From: Haliotis rubra
Taxonomy: Eukaryota
Length of the DNA: 64,000 bases
Assembly: GCF_003918875.1 (NCBI RefSeq)
Contig: NW_025767114.1
Span: 248,001-312,000, forward strand
Direction of reading: 5' to 3'
Part shown: one piece after another, positions 1 through 12,621 of the stretch
Layout of the letters: every line of letters starts with the position of its first letter
Numbering within the stretch: position 1 is the first letter of the stretch
Made by a program: the position numbers and the translations under genes
Notes under the pieces: model-generated
The model's input: the letters and a program-made list of their open reading frames with translations, nothing else
Told to the model about the DNA's origin: nothing
The model's database searches: none

Positions 1-985
1 GGAAGTTTTTCAGTATATTTAGTTGGTATAGTAATGCAAATGATACAAACACTGTGTTGAAGCTGAAGGACCCTAAGTAAAGTAGTTAAAGTTATCCCAG
101 GTTCCACACAACTGAGAAATAATTTGGCATACATCTACCCACATGGTGAAAGAATAACTTTACTTGTCAAACAAACAAATGACACAATGAAATAAAGAAC
201 CCTACTTTTTATGTTTGATAACTATTGGCATGTTTTGCATTCACCACATGCTGGGAAGAATGAATATTGAAGGAGAGATTCCTTTATTGTTACTGTCTCA
301 TATGTCCATGTTGGTTAATAGATCGTGGGGGTGGGGGTGGTTGATTGATGATTTTTATGGAGAAGCATGTACAATGTGAGTGACCCTGCTAAAATGTATG
401 TACAAAGTGACCCCCATGTCATGTACAAAATTAGTAACCCCTCCTCCCTTCCCATTTTTTTTAAGCATATTTTATTAATATTATTATGTACAAAATCCCC
501 CAAAAAAAAAAAAAAATATATATAATATATAATAAAAATGGGTGATTCCCTTAAACACACACTTGTAAATTATGCACGGTCCCTTATATCCGTTAACCAG
601 TACACACACTGGATTGGTAAACAAGTCTCGCGACTTATATACTCAACAAAAAAGGAAACTTCTCACTTGGAGAAATGAATTATGTTGAAAATGGGTAGTA
701 CAAGGTATGGGAGAATACCATAATGGCCAGGGCTAACTTGACTCATCAGCCCATTTCAACTGTGGTGAACAAGCAAAGGTGTATGCAAGACGCTCTTTCT
801 TGTGACGGCGTGTGTGGCGTCATGTGACCACAATTTCATGTGCCTAACCACTGACAGGTGTGTAGAATTTTGTTGGTGATCAGTAAAAAAAACACATTAA
901 AAATCCTTGAGATATAAACAATTCCCATAAACTGTGATAGAAATACCATTATGTAGTACCATATGAGTCTGACTGCTTTAACTAA

Positions 986-1073
986 AGGCGCGTTCCCAAA
1001 CTGCAATTTGTGGCATACAACACGTTGCTATCCACAATTTGTATACAACAAATTGCAACGTGGGAACGCGCCT
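986..1073. mobile_element. Tourist/PIF-Harbinger-type MITE
   Basis: TIRs aggcgcgttccca / tgggaacgcgcct, flanked by TAA on both sides. Confidence 0.75.
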
Positions 1074-1967
1074 TAAGTCAACCATATGTTTTAAACTGCC
1101 CATGTAGAGATGAACAATCTTAGTTCATGTTTACATTGTGAGGGATGCCAAAGAATTCAGCATTTAGTTTTTGAATCCTGTACAACTGCTTTCATTGGTT
1201 CATACTTAGTCTCAATTAATTTTACCGTTAATTTACGTTTAATAGATCTAGGAAGGTCAGATCCAGTCATCCACGTGGTTAATTCAGTCTTTCATCTGAC
1301 AGCTTAGTCATGGTCTGAACCATACAGATGATTCTCTCTGTGATGATAATTTGGAGATTTTACGTTTGCTTCTGACGTATACACAGTTTCATTTGGCAAA
1401 AGGACTAATCCCAATTTGAAACGCATTCACAAGATAAACTTGAGACGATCACATGATACGCTCGGTGAATACACAATCCCATTAAGAAAGTGGTCAAATG
1501 TGACATGTTATATTTGGGAAGCCACGGTGGTTGAGCGGGATAGACATCTTTGTGATGGCGATTAGGTGCCAGACTCTGAAAGTGTGGGTTCGAATCCCGG
1601 ATGGAACTCATCACAACGAAAGTACTAGAATCTGTACATTACTGAGAAAGTGTAATCGAAAATTTTCTATTTTGACATGCTGAACTCAACGCACTGGATA
1701 ATTCTGGCTTGTTCATCCTAGTTTATTAATTTCATGAATTTAATTAATGTCCAAAAATTTATTTGTAGTTTAACGCCGCACTTAACAATGAGTTGGGATG
1801 AGATCGCCCCATCTGAGTAAATTTGGCTGGAAGTACACGCTTCTGACTGGAAAATATCTTTAGGGTCAAACGTAACTTCAACACATCAATTCAAAGGTTA
1901 ACAAATGATGAATAAAAATATAATATGCAGGGGCAAAGGCTTTTCTTCACAAGAACCTTAACGGGAA

Positions 1968-2233
1968 GTGAGTGAGTGAGTTTGTTTTTACGCCGCTTTC
2001 AGTAATATTCCATCAATATCACGGCGGGAGACACCAGAAATGGGCTTCACTCATTGTACCCATTTGGTGAGTGAGTGAGTTTAGTTTGGCGCCGCTTTTA
2101 GGAATATTCCAGCAAATATCACGGCGGGGGAAACCAGAAATGGGCTTCACACAATGTGCCCATGTGGGGAATCGAACCTGGGTCTTCGGCGTGACGAGCG
2201 AACGCCTTAACCACTAGGCTACCCCACCGCCCC
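1968..2233 (-). mobile_element. tRNA-derived SINE family A: full copy (2067-2233) plus tandem 5'-truncated copy (1968-2066)
   Basis: Minus strand shows A box TAGCCTAGTGG, B box GGTTCGATTCC and an (ACTC)n tail. At least eight related copies occur in the window. Confidence 0.9.
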
Positions 2234-3211
2234 TTAAAAAGAAAGTGTACACATGAGGCTTCTGTTTGCCGTTTTCAGTTGCTTTGCCCTCCCTACAGTG
2301 AGTGAATGATATCACAAAAGAGGATTATTTTTCGATTTATGTAGAAAGTAGCAAACTTAGAATAACGGTAAGTTCAGCGATTGCTAGGTAGGTCTAGTTC
2401 AAATAAGTTCTGGATTTCTTGAAAGAAGATACAGATGGGAAGACTGTCAACTCAAGTTAAGATCTGGTTACATTGTGTGGCAACACTTCTGATACAATGT
2501 CAGGTAAAACATTTTGTGCAATGCATACGTTTTTGAAACCGCGACGTCACCTCACCACAGTGCGAACTGAGTACTTGAACCCTGTTGGCCAAACATCAGC
2601 TGGATGTTCCAATGCCTAACTGCATTCTCAACTCGTTGCTATAATTGTAATATTCATCTTCCCGTGTTTATATTTCCACAAAAATACCGCTGTATGTATC
2701 TACAGCAAACCATGTTCTCGGCAATGCAGTATACCCACAATGTAGGAGCTGTGAACGGCAGGGAATATTTCATAGCAGGAAGTGAACGATTTATAACGCG
2801 AGAGGAGAGCAGGTTTTATTTTATGTAGGTCACACTGTCCCAAAAATTCATGCTGTAAAATAGAAGACACATGTGCGTAATTCTACCAAATATCTTTCCA
2901 TTCCGTTATCATACAAGCCCATGAGCCTGTAAACCATTGTCTTGCTTCGGCTGTGTTTCGGTAAAGACGCATAAATATATCAAAGTTTAAGGTATCATTG
3001 CTGTATAAACGAAAACCAAATACACCAACAGTTAGAGTTATTATTGAACTATCATTGTGTCAAGTTTGAATGCTTAGTGTTGTGCCGTTTTCGAACTGCC
3101 ATCCTCGAAAGACCAACACTATCAAACTGTTAGTGAACGATTTAAGAACATCATAGTGAACGCTTTACGGTGGTTATTCAATGAAGTTTCTAGTGACAAA
3201 CCTGAGCTGTA

Positions 3212-3450
3212 CTATAATAATAATCATAATAAATGGATATTTCTTATGCGCCATAGTCCATCCAGAGCATGCTCAGACGCTACATATAAAAAGAGTCACT
3301 AGAGTTCAAGAGGAAGATATGACAATTCGTCAAAATGACCATGAGAATATTTCGCAGTTATAGGTTGTAGACTTTTTTGAAGAGGAAGGTTTTGAGTCCC
3401 GATTTGAATGCTTCTAAGGATGAAGCATTTTTTATGGGAGTAGGAAGACT
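3212..3450 (-). mobile_element. L2/CR1-group LINE 3' end fragment
   Basis: Minus translation SLPTPIKNASSLEAFKSGLKTFLFKK is the typical ORF2 C-terminus, followed by a short UTR and a (TTA)n-like tail. Confidence 0.75.
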
Positions 3451-3590
3451 GTACTGCCCAAAAGTAGTTTATTCATAGAGAAACCATATAGATACATCCG
3501 TATTTCAGTCACGTAGAGCTATATCAACTTGATAATTGTTTTTCACCATGGTGTTTTAGGCATTACTTGGTAATTATATTTCTTACGTTA

Positions 3591-5117
3591 TACTGAGTCA
3601 AAGAAACTTCACAAAATGTAATTTGAAAAATAATGAATAATTTTTCTCTGATGATACATCTATGTATCCGAAATGGGATCCCTATCTTTCGACTCTAGAA
3701 AAACGTTAGCAAAACCACTCAAACCCATCCATTCGTCGTGCAAATGACGTTAGTGCCAAATCAGGTTTTGCACGTGCAGTCGATCACGTGATCTTCGCAT
3801 CGAAGTTTTCTTCATATGCACGTGTTTGCATTGGCCTCAAGAATTGAAAAAACACTTTTAAACCACAGTTCTAACGGTACTTGAAATGCCACGATTGTCA
3901 AATGTGCAACGTGAACGTGCCGTTGGCATGTTGCAAGCGGGAAGATCAGTTATTGACGTCGCAAGAGCAATGGGATGCAGCCGTCGTACTGTGTATGACT
4001 TGCGAGGTCGTCTACAACAAACTGGCACAACTTCTGATCGCCCAAGGTCGGGTCGTCCACGTGTGACGTCACGAGCAGAAGACCGTCAAATCGTCCTACG
4101 TCACCTACGTGACAGATTTCTGCCGGCTACACGAACCAGGGCTGAGATGTTTAGAGGTCGACTGTCCTCACAGACCATTCGAAAATCGGTTGCGGGCTGC
4201 CAATCTCCATTCTCGACGTCCATATCGTGGGCCAATATTGACACCGTTTCATCAACGTCAACGTCTGCTGTGGGCCCAACGTCACCTCCGATGGACCAGA
4301 GAGACTGGAATCGAGTCGTCTTTAGCGATGAATCAGGTTTACCCTCAGATTGGCGGACGGCAGGCATAGAGTCTGGAGACGACGTCGTGAACGGTATGCC
4401 CAATGTTGTGTACAGGAAGTCGACAGATTCGGGGGCGGAAGTTGCATGGTGTGGGGTGCTTTCTGTGGGAACAACCGTTCCCGACTTCTGGTCATCCGTG
4501 GAAACCTCACAGCTGCTGCTTACCGCGACCAGGTGCTCACCCCTGAACTCGTTCCTTTCATGGCGGCTCATGGCCCAGGTCTACAGTTCCAGCATGATAA
4601 TGCTCGGCCGCATACCGCGATGTTGACACGAAATTTCCTTCAAAACGCTGGAATCAACGTCATGGACTGGCCATCGAGGTCCCCTGACCTTAATCCAATA
4701 GAGCACGTTTGGGATGCACTTGGGAGAAGGCTTCGTGGTCTTAGGAACCAACCTCAGAATTTGCAGGAACTTGGCGCTGCCTTGCAAGAGCAATGGCGCA
4801 GAATCCCCAACCACGTGTTCACAAGCATCAGGCAGTCGATGAGGAGACGGTGTTTGGCAGTGGTGAATGCGCGGGGCGGCCATACACGATATTGAACTGA
4901 GAAATTTCGCATTTTTATTCTTGTGACTTGACATTCTGTATACCCATGTTTTGGAACGGCGGTGTAGCCTAATGGAACTGATTATGGCACTGTCAGTGTA
5001 TCGAGTACATCACACAGATCACAGCAATGAAATAATAACAATTTAACCATCTTACCATCTCTTGTTCTTTTATAGTGCCCTGAAGAAAGAATGTGAAGTT
5101 TCTTTTTTGACTCAGTA
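3591..5117 (+). mobile_element. Tc1/mariner DD34E transposon, full length
   Basis: TIRs tactgagtcaaa(aaa)gaaacttcaca at both ends, TA duplication at 3589-3590 and 5118-5119, transposase inside. Confidence 0.95.
3886..4895 (+). pseudogene. Tc1 transposase with three frameshifts and no internal stops in the reconstructed frame
   Basis: HTH plus GRPR, then VFSDES, FQHDNARPH and SPDLNPIEHVW. There are 34 residues between the second D and E. Ends GGHTRY*. Confidence 0.92.
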
Positions 5118-5327
5118 TATTTCTTTCCAAAACGTCACCTTTGTGCTTCAGCGCCGAAACGCGGCAATTTAACTTTTCCCCTTGTTTTAGAAGCGTTTGA
5201 AGAATTATTCGCCAAAACATCACCAAGAAAACATGCAAACCAAAATGCACGCCCAAGTAAGCGGAAAAGCAGGGGGTATCGATCACTGTAAAAAGACAAA
5301 GGTTGTGTTTAATTACATCATTCGTTT

Positions 5328-6450
5328 TTGCCTGGAAAGAAGGAAATCATCAAGCCACGACTGAATGCCGCAAATCGAAACATCGACACTGGCCGCTTTG
5401 AAGCTGGGGAGTCGCAGTTTGTTGTTGCCCGACATTTCAACGTTCATCAGAGCACCATATCTCACCTTTGGGATCGTTACCTGCAGACCAATTCCGCCCA
5501 AGTAGCGGCCGTCCAAGAGTTACCACCGAAGCCCAGGACCGCTACATCCCGGATGCTCACTTTCGTCATCGTCTTGCCACAGCTATGGAGACTGCACAAC
5601 GCATCCCTTGTTTGAGAAGAATTTCCGACCAAACTGTCAGGAATCGATTGCGTGAAGTGGGCCGGGGATTCGACCAAGAAGGACAGTAATCGTCAGGACT
5701 GCACGGTATTAACAGTATATCGCAATACGCCTTTCAAACGATACGTATTGCAATGTTGTCGTTTTTTTGTGATTATCTTTATGGTTTAAGTTCAAATCCA
5801 TAGACAGACTTTATTCACGCTGATGTTTTCCATTGTAATTGATTGACAAAACAGCATACTTTACATACAATACATTTTATAAAAAGAAAATACAATCCAT
5901 CAAAATCAAATCTAAATTCGAAATGTCTGTTATCACAACAATTAAGTTTATTTTTATGGCTTTAGCATGTAGAAAATAGGCTCTGCATGTACAAACGATG
6001 TCACTCACTGTCAAACACTTAGGCTCCCAATACATCGCAATACGTACCGGAATACGGGTACCAGAATCACAATATATTGCAATACAATCAATTTGCCAAT
6101 ACACAGACCTAGTTTTGAAAGACTTCCATTGGTGCAATCGCTTGCGGTGATGTCGTAGAGGCCGAAACTGGAACCTTAGAAACTGGAAGCTAGTCTGGTT
6201 CAGTGATGACTCGCGATTTCTTCTTCACCGGCGAGATGGAAGACAGAAATGAACGTTTTGCCACTAGATTTGGTGGAGACAGTGTCATAGTGTGGGGTGG
6301 GTTTTCCTTCACATAAAGATCTGATTTAGTGGGGGCTCAGGGGAATCTGACAGTAAACGGTACATTAACGAAGTCCTTGCTCGTCACATACTTCCGATTA
6401 TGAACCGACAGAAGAGTGTATCGTCAACACTTCCACAAATTTGCAGGAAG
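5328..6450 (+). pseudogene. Second, older Tc1 transposase remnant interrupted by a MITE
   Basis: Fragments VARHFNVHQSTI, SGRPRVTTEAQDRYI, ISDQTVRNRLRE, then after 6112 WKLVWFSDDSRF, FGGDSVIVWGG and a terminal NLQE fragment. Confidence 0.85.
5693..6111. mobile_element. hAT-like MITE inserted in the second Tc1
   Basis: Interrupts the transposase. Imperfect cagg/ccta termini and repeated caatac/gtattg subterminal motifs. No clean TSD. Confidence 0.55.
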
Positions 6451-7399
6451 GTTCTTCAAGAGTGACTTCTTTTCGGTGGACATGGTGATTCGTCATCCTT
6501 TGACACTAAACTGAGTTTTTTCAGGTTCCTTAGAGACAACAATTTCTTTATCAGTTTCATCTGGCACATATCTGAAATCTTTTTGTACGTATTTGAGGTT
6601 ACCTGCATTATGTCAGATAAACGTATATTTATAATGATAATTGTCTTCTCCCTGCAAATGTCAATACAGTGATATATCACCCCACTGAAGTCTTGAAAAT
6701 GTTCAGAACAGTAGTAGCAGTGATATGTTGACATTTCCGTCGTTTAAACATCACATCTGAAGAATTGAATACATGTACTTTACAGTTAGTGCTAACACTG
6801 TATAGCAAATTGGATGAGGAGTTTAGGTTGACCGTAAATCGTTCACCAACAGAAATGAAATCGTTCACCATGACCAATTGTCTGGGTTCTTAAATCGTTC
6901 ACTAACAGTTTGATGGTGTTGGTCTTTCTAGGATTAAAGCTCGAAAACGGCACGACACTAAGCATCCAAATTTGGCACAAAGATAGTTCGATAATTACTC
7001 TAAATGTTGGTGTATTTGTGTTTCGTTTATACAGCAATGATACCTTAAACTTTGATATATTTAGGCATCTTTACGGAAACATAGCCGAAGCTAGACAATG
7101 TTTTACAGGCTCATGGGCTTGTATATATGACGAAGGAATGGAAAGATATTTGGTAGAATTACACACATGTGTCTTCTATTTTACAGCATGAATTTTGGGG
7201 ACAGTGTGGCATATAGAAATAGAGATATTGACAAATTTCCTACACCTAACAAATAAAAAATAAAACCTGCTCTCCTTTCGCGTGATAAATCGTTCACCTC
7301 CAGCTATGAAATATTTCCTGCCGTTCACCGCTCCTACGGTGTGAGTATACACTTTACAAACGACATAAGACGCATGGAAGAAATACTGGAAAGAAAACT

Positions 7400-10300
7400 C
7401 ATATAAAAGGCTACTTTGGACACGTCGTCTTTGTCTCCAAGACACAGAAGTTGATTGTAAGGGTCATGACTTGCTCTTCCATTTTCACCAAATTTCACTT
7501 TCCGCCTCTTTTCACGTACGTGGCGGCCTTCTCTGGTGTCATATTTAATTTATTATTAATTTATTAAAATTACTCTGATCAAGATCATATTCTAACGTGT
7601 TACGTTGATTACTGCCTCTGAATACAAAACAATGGTCATATGAAATAAATAAGTTTATATGATGTCCACAGTTAGCAGTCGAAAGACATCACAAAGAGAC
7701 AGCTCTTAAACTACGCCACCATCGTTCATAGGCGTATTTATATTTATATGTTTTTAGTTTATTGTGCAGATGATAATATACGCAATACCAGTAAAGAAGT
7801 TTCCAAGAAGACTATCTCTTTTCAGGTCAAAAACGGCGGGTAGACTTTCCACAAGATTTCCATTTTAGTCGCCCTTTTTCAAATTCCTATGGTTAGCTGC
7901 TCTGGTGTAAAATGTCACCTAGATTTCAAGACAAATGTTTAATTTGACACACTTCTCAAAATCTATATACATATCCTAGCTCTTGGGGTAGTGTATATTG
8001 AAAGCAAAAACATGAAAAAGTCATAAGTAATAATAATATGAACTGGAAATATGTCTACTTTGGACACGTCGCGTGTGTGCGCATGCGTACTTGCATTTTC
8101 CTGCATTATATTTTATTCGATAGGCGTTGAAATGAACTTTTCCACCAATGAAATCGCCAATGCACATAAGTTGATTTTAGGGCCAAAAAGAAAATACTTT
8201 TACATTTCAGCAATCATTAATTTTTGCGCCTTTTCGCGGACGGGAGTGTCTGAGCTATTGTCACATTGAGTGTATACTTTACGTTTCATGGGTGGTAACC
8301 TTCAAATAAGAATAAAGAAAAAAGTAGGTCAAACGTACTCATCCTTTCCCTCTCAAAGAGCAAACAGCTCAGCTGATATCAAGAATTCTCAATGTTTAGC
8401 GCCTTTTCTCCAATGTGGCGGCCAGCTCTTGTCTCATACCCAATGTACGCTGTACAATTTCACTTTTGTTTTTTAAATTATACGAATAAACATCGTATTT
8501 GAATGTTTTAGATAGATTATCGCTTTGTCAATTATAAAATTATGCCTATAGCGCATTCTGATAAACTTTAAAAGAAATCTACAAGTTAGCGTCGGAAAAC
8601 TTCATTTAGAGGTAGACCTTAAAATGTGTTTGTGTTTGTGCACATGCGCAGATGCATATTTCTATATTTTAGCTCATTGTGTGCATAATGACATACACAA
8701 TTTAATCAAAGAAACACAAGTTAATTTTAAGGAATGAAAAAGGCTTTGAACCTTTTCACAATATTTCTGTTTTGGCCCATTTTGCTGATTCCTGTGGTTG
8801 GCTGCCCTGATTTTACATTGTACACAGATTTCAGGATAAATGTATCAGTGGATACACTTACCCAAATCTCCACTCATCATAAGTCTTTAGATCGTGTATA
8901 TTTTCCGAGTTGAAACAGAAATGCAGGATACACTTTAAAACAATCAAAGACACCAGTGGCAAAAACGGAAAAAAATATCACTTATTGGATTACTTTGAAC
9001 ACGTCGCGTCTGCGCATGCGTACTTGTATCTTAGTGTTTTTCATCTTATTAAATGGGGAATAAAATACACATTTTCTTAAACGAAATCTCTGAGAAATTT
9101 AAGCTGATCTTAAGGGTAAAAATATTACTTTTGAATTTTCATCAAATTTCAATTTTTGCGCCTTTTCTCCAATGTGGCGGCCAGCTCTTGTCTCATACCC
9201 AATGTACGCTGTACAATTTCACTTTTGTTTTTTAAATTATACGAATAAACATCGTATTTGAATGTTTTAGATAGATTATCGCTTTGTCAATTATAAAATT
9301 ATGCCAATAGTGCATACTGAGAAACTTTAAAAGAAATCTACAGGTTAGCGTCGGAAAACTTCATTTAGAGGTAGACCTTAAAATGTGCTTGTGGATATGG
9401 GCAGATGCATATTTCTATATTTTAGCTCATTGTGTACATAATGACATACACAAGTTAATTTTAAGGAATGAAAAAGGCTTTGAACCTTTTCACAATATTT
9501 CTGTTTTTGGCCCATTTTGCCGATTCCTGTGGTTGGCTGCCCTGATTTTAAATTGTACACAGATTTCAGGATAAATGTATCAGTGGATACACTTACCCAA
9601 ATCTACACTCATCATAAGTCTTTTGATCGTGTATATTTTCCGAGTTCGAAACAGAAATGCAGGATACACTTTAAAACAATCAAAGACACCAGTGGCAAAA
9701 ACGGAAAAAATATCACTTATTGGATTACTTTGAACACGTCGCGTCTGCGCATGCGTACTTGTATTTTAGTGTTTTTCATCTTATCAAATGGGGAATAAAA
9801 TACACATTTTCTTAAACGAAATCTCTGAGAAATTTAAGCTGATCTTAAAGATAAAAATATGACTTTCGAATTTTCATCAAATTTCAACTTTTGCGAACTG
9901 TTCTCCAATGTGGCAGCCAGTTCTTGTCTCATACCTAATGTACACTGTACGTTTTAACTTAATTTGTTTTTTAATATACTAATGAGCATCCTATTCTTGT
10001 GTCTTAGATAGATTACTGCTTTGTCAATTATAAAATCATGCCAATATGATATATTGGGAAACTTAATAAGAAATCTTCAGGTGAGCGTCTGTCATATAAT
10101 CTCCGCCCACTGATGAATATTCATGACTATTCTACACTTATAGCCCATTCTACATCGTCGGAAAACTTCATTCAGAGAGAAACCATGTGATGTGCATGCA
10201 CAGGTGCATATTTTTATATTTTATAATTAACTAATTGTTTACATAATGACATACACAATTCAATTAAAGTAATTTAATAAAAAACACAAGATAAATTTAA

Positions 10301-10640
10301 GGGGTGGAAAAGGCTTTGAACCTTACACAATATTTCCATTTTCCGAATTTTCCAGACTCGTGTATCTTAAATTGTTTCTCAGTTTAAGGATATTTATATC
10401 AGTGGACACACTCAGCAATAGCTATACTTATCCCAGCTCTTTTTATCTTTGTATGTTTTCTGAGTTTAAACAACAATGGAGGATACACTTTAAAAAAGTA
10501 CTAAATACCCAAGAAACAGAAACTGAAAAAAATACTCCACTTTGGGGGTAAATCTTAACAGTCAGGTGTGTGCATGCGTACATGCATTTTCCTGTATATA
10601 AGTGTCATTTATTATTTAACAAATTCAACTTTATCACAGA
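7400..10640. repeat. Tandem array of a ~740-790 bp unit (about 4-5 copies)
   Basis: 8399-9157 and 9158-9895 are nearly identical. Diverged copies lie at 9895-10640 and 7400-8240 (shared ctttg(g/a)acacgtcg and gtggcggcc motifs). Confidence 0.85.
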
Positions 10641-11150
10641 CGTTAAAAATGCCACCCATATCCTCCCCTTTTTCAAACAGCTCTCAGCTGAAGATCGGCT
10701 GCCAGATCGATTCTTGGTGGCGTGACGTCACATCTGGCGATGCTGACGTCATAGTCTTTTTCCCGACCTTGGCCTGTGTACTTGTACCCTGTTGTTGTTG
10801 ACACAACGAAAGAGACTTGTTTACCAACATCAGCTCGGAACAGCCTGAGGGTCTGAAAACGTCAAGAGACCATGTCTGCCAAACTGTCGGTTTCCACACC
10901 CAATGCATTCACTCTGCAGTGCCATAACTGTAAATAGTCATCATGCTGTGCTTCTACAGCACAGAGTTAACCATACACGTCGCCTTCCATGCCGCACTTT
11001 GGCAGGCTGGAATACTGATGCTCCTTGTTCAAAATTACATTCAGACAACACAGGAATCATCTGTTGGTTCTATCTGCATTTCAATATGATGGCTTGTTTT
11101 CGTGGTTCTTGTTTAGGCCACTCACAGCAATATTCCAGATGTATGTGAAG

Positions 11151-11395
11151 TAGAGTTGTGACGATATATATCCTAGTATTAATCGTGATACTTTTTCTGA
11201 CAATAAATATATCGATACTTTTTTCCATATCGTGATATGTTGACCTTAAAATTGTGAATTCCAGCAGAAATTGACGGTTATGTCAAAATTTACACTGTTT
11301 CTTGTTATCAAAATACACTTTTTTAAAGAAAATAACTGAAGATAGCATATCGTGATATGCATCGTATCGTTCCATGATATCGCGATAAACCTCTA
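11151..11395. mobile_element. hAT MITE
   Basis: tagag...ctcta termini with perfect 8-bp TSD atgtgaag. A second family member lies at 61012-61298. Confidence 0.85.
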
Positions 11396-11485
11396 ATGTG
11401 AAGTAAGTCTGTATAAATCATAGCATCCGCAAGTGAGTCTGGACCAGACAATCTAGTGATTGACATCATGTATATTTGTTTAAAA

Positions 11486-11720
11486 CAGTGTGTGAAATAG
11501 CCATTGGCCTGCTAGCCTGTGACTGGTAAAAATCCAGTCGGGCCAGTAATTCTCAAGTCACTGGCCAGACTGGCTAGTGAATTTTCATGGGGTCATTTTT
11601 AATCTTTTGCTTAGTTTCTATATTCACATTTCGGGCAAGTGAATTATTTTGTGGGCTAGTAACTTTCAGGTATGGCTAGTCCGACTGGCTAGCAAAATTT
11701 GGAAACTATTTTGCACACTG
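11486..11720. mobile_element. hAT-like MITE
   Basis: TIRs cagtgtgtgaaatag / ctattttgcacactg with repeated ctggctagt internal motifs. TSD not evident. Confidence 0.6.
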
Positions 11721-11861
11721 ATTGTGAAGATACTTATACATATATACAATACAACCTGTGAAGATCCAGGTTTAGATTGGTCTTCAGCAACCCATGCTTG
11801 TGTAAGATGCAACTTACAGGATCTTGTACTCTTGACTTGGTTGGCGCATATCGATTGCATT

Positions 11862-12107
11862 GATAATAATAATAACAATAATTGATTTCTAAAGCACCTG
11901 GTATCCATCAACAGGTGCTCACTGGCGCTATGACAAAGTTAAAACCAAATCCATGCCCACATATATACACACATTCCTGAAAGCCTACTGAAATGTTGAG
12001 CAGAAGAGGTGGGTTTTAAGGAGAAACTTGAAAAGGCCTTTGGATTTGGCGTTTCTTAGTTCAGATGGCAGGGAGTTCCAAAACTGGGGACTGCACACTG
12101 AGAAGTG
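11862..12107 (-). mobile_element. L2/CR1-group LINE 3' end inserted into a SINE (SINE halves ~11757-11860 and ~12110-12200)
   Basis: Minus translation FSVCSPQFWNSLPSELRNAKSKGLFKFLLKTHLF, plus a (TTA)n tail. Confidence 0.8.
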
Positions 12108-12238
12108 ATGTCAGTCACTGGATTGTCTGGCCCTGACTCGAGTATTTACATACTGACGTCATACAGCTGGAATATTGCTGAGAATGACATTAAACAACAA
12201 CAAAAACAATACAAGTAAAAGGTTTCCAGGAAACACAA

Positions 12239-12450
12239 GAGTGAGTGAGTGAGTGAGTGAGTTTAGTTTTACGCCGCACTCAGCAATATTCCAGCTATAT
12301 GGCAGCGGTCTGTAAAGGTTGGACCAGACCAGTGATCAACAGCATGAGCATCGAGATCACATGTATTAACTGAAGGGCCTGACCACCTGATCCAAGCCTT
12401 TTACGACAAATCTCCATGGGTTGCTAATTCTACCCTGGATCTTCATGGGA
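12239..12450 (-). mobile_element. SINE family B (shares the 3' tail gctggaatattgctga...(ACTC)n with family A)
   Basis: Similar segments at ~11100-11470, 11757-12200, 33455-33640, 57490-57610 and 62900-62960. Confidence 0.7.
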
Positions 12451-12580
12451 TGCAAGATCACTAAAGGGTCATTTATCTCTAAATAGATGCTCCCTTACTG
12501 AAAATTATGCGGCCATCAGCTGATGTGACCTCAAAGTGAGCTGAAACTGGAGTGAAGTTCACCATGTTTTCATCCACATT

Positions 12581-12621
12581 AAAACAAGACAACACAAGAT
12601 ATCACGTTCATTTTGTTTATT
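12581..12621 (-). terminator. Candidate DCP1 polyadenylation signal with downstream GU-rich element
   Basis: AATAAA on minus at 12616-12621, followed ~15 nt later by atcttgtgttgtcttgtttt. Another AATAAA lies at 16201-16206. Confidence 0.45.

Larger units (their letters stand above)
2729..7350. mobile_element. Putative long-TIR DNA transposon relic (TIRs 2729-3149 and 6886-7350) with nested insertions
   Basis: About 420-460 bp diverged inverted repeats with one ~40-bp indel, both ending in gtatac. A Cys/His ORF remnant (6456-6734, minus) starts ~150 bp inside the right repeat. Confidence 0.55.

Noticed and set aside
638-900. Possible Tc1-like left end (tatactcaacaaaaaaggaaac)
   Set aside because: No partner TIR or transposase remnant was found.
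2150-2233. tRNA-like sequence with A and B boxes
   Set aside because: It is the head of a multi-copy SINE with a body, tail and TSDs, not a stand-alone tRNA gene.
4101-4934. Antisense ORFs of 156 and 117 aa
   Set aside because: Shadow frames of the GC-rich Tc1 transposase.
10722-10750. Two TGACGTCA (CRE-like) sites
   Set aside because: No nearby transcription start or gene 5' end, and the same octamer recurs inside transposon sequence elsewhere in the window.
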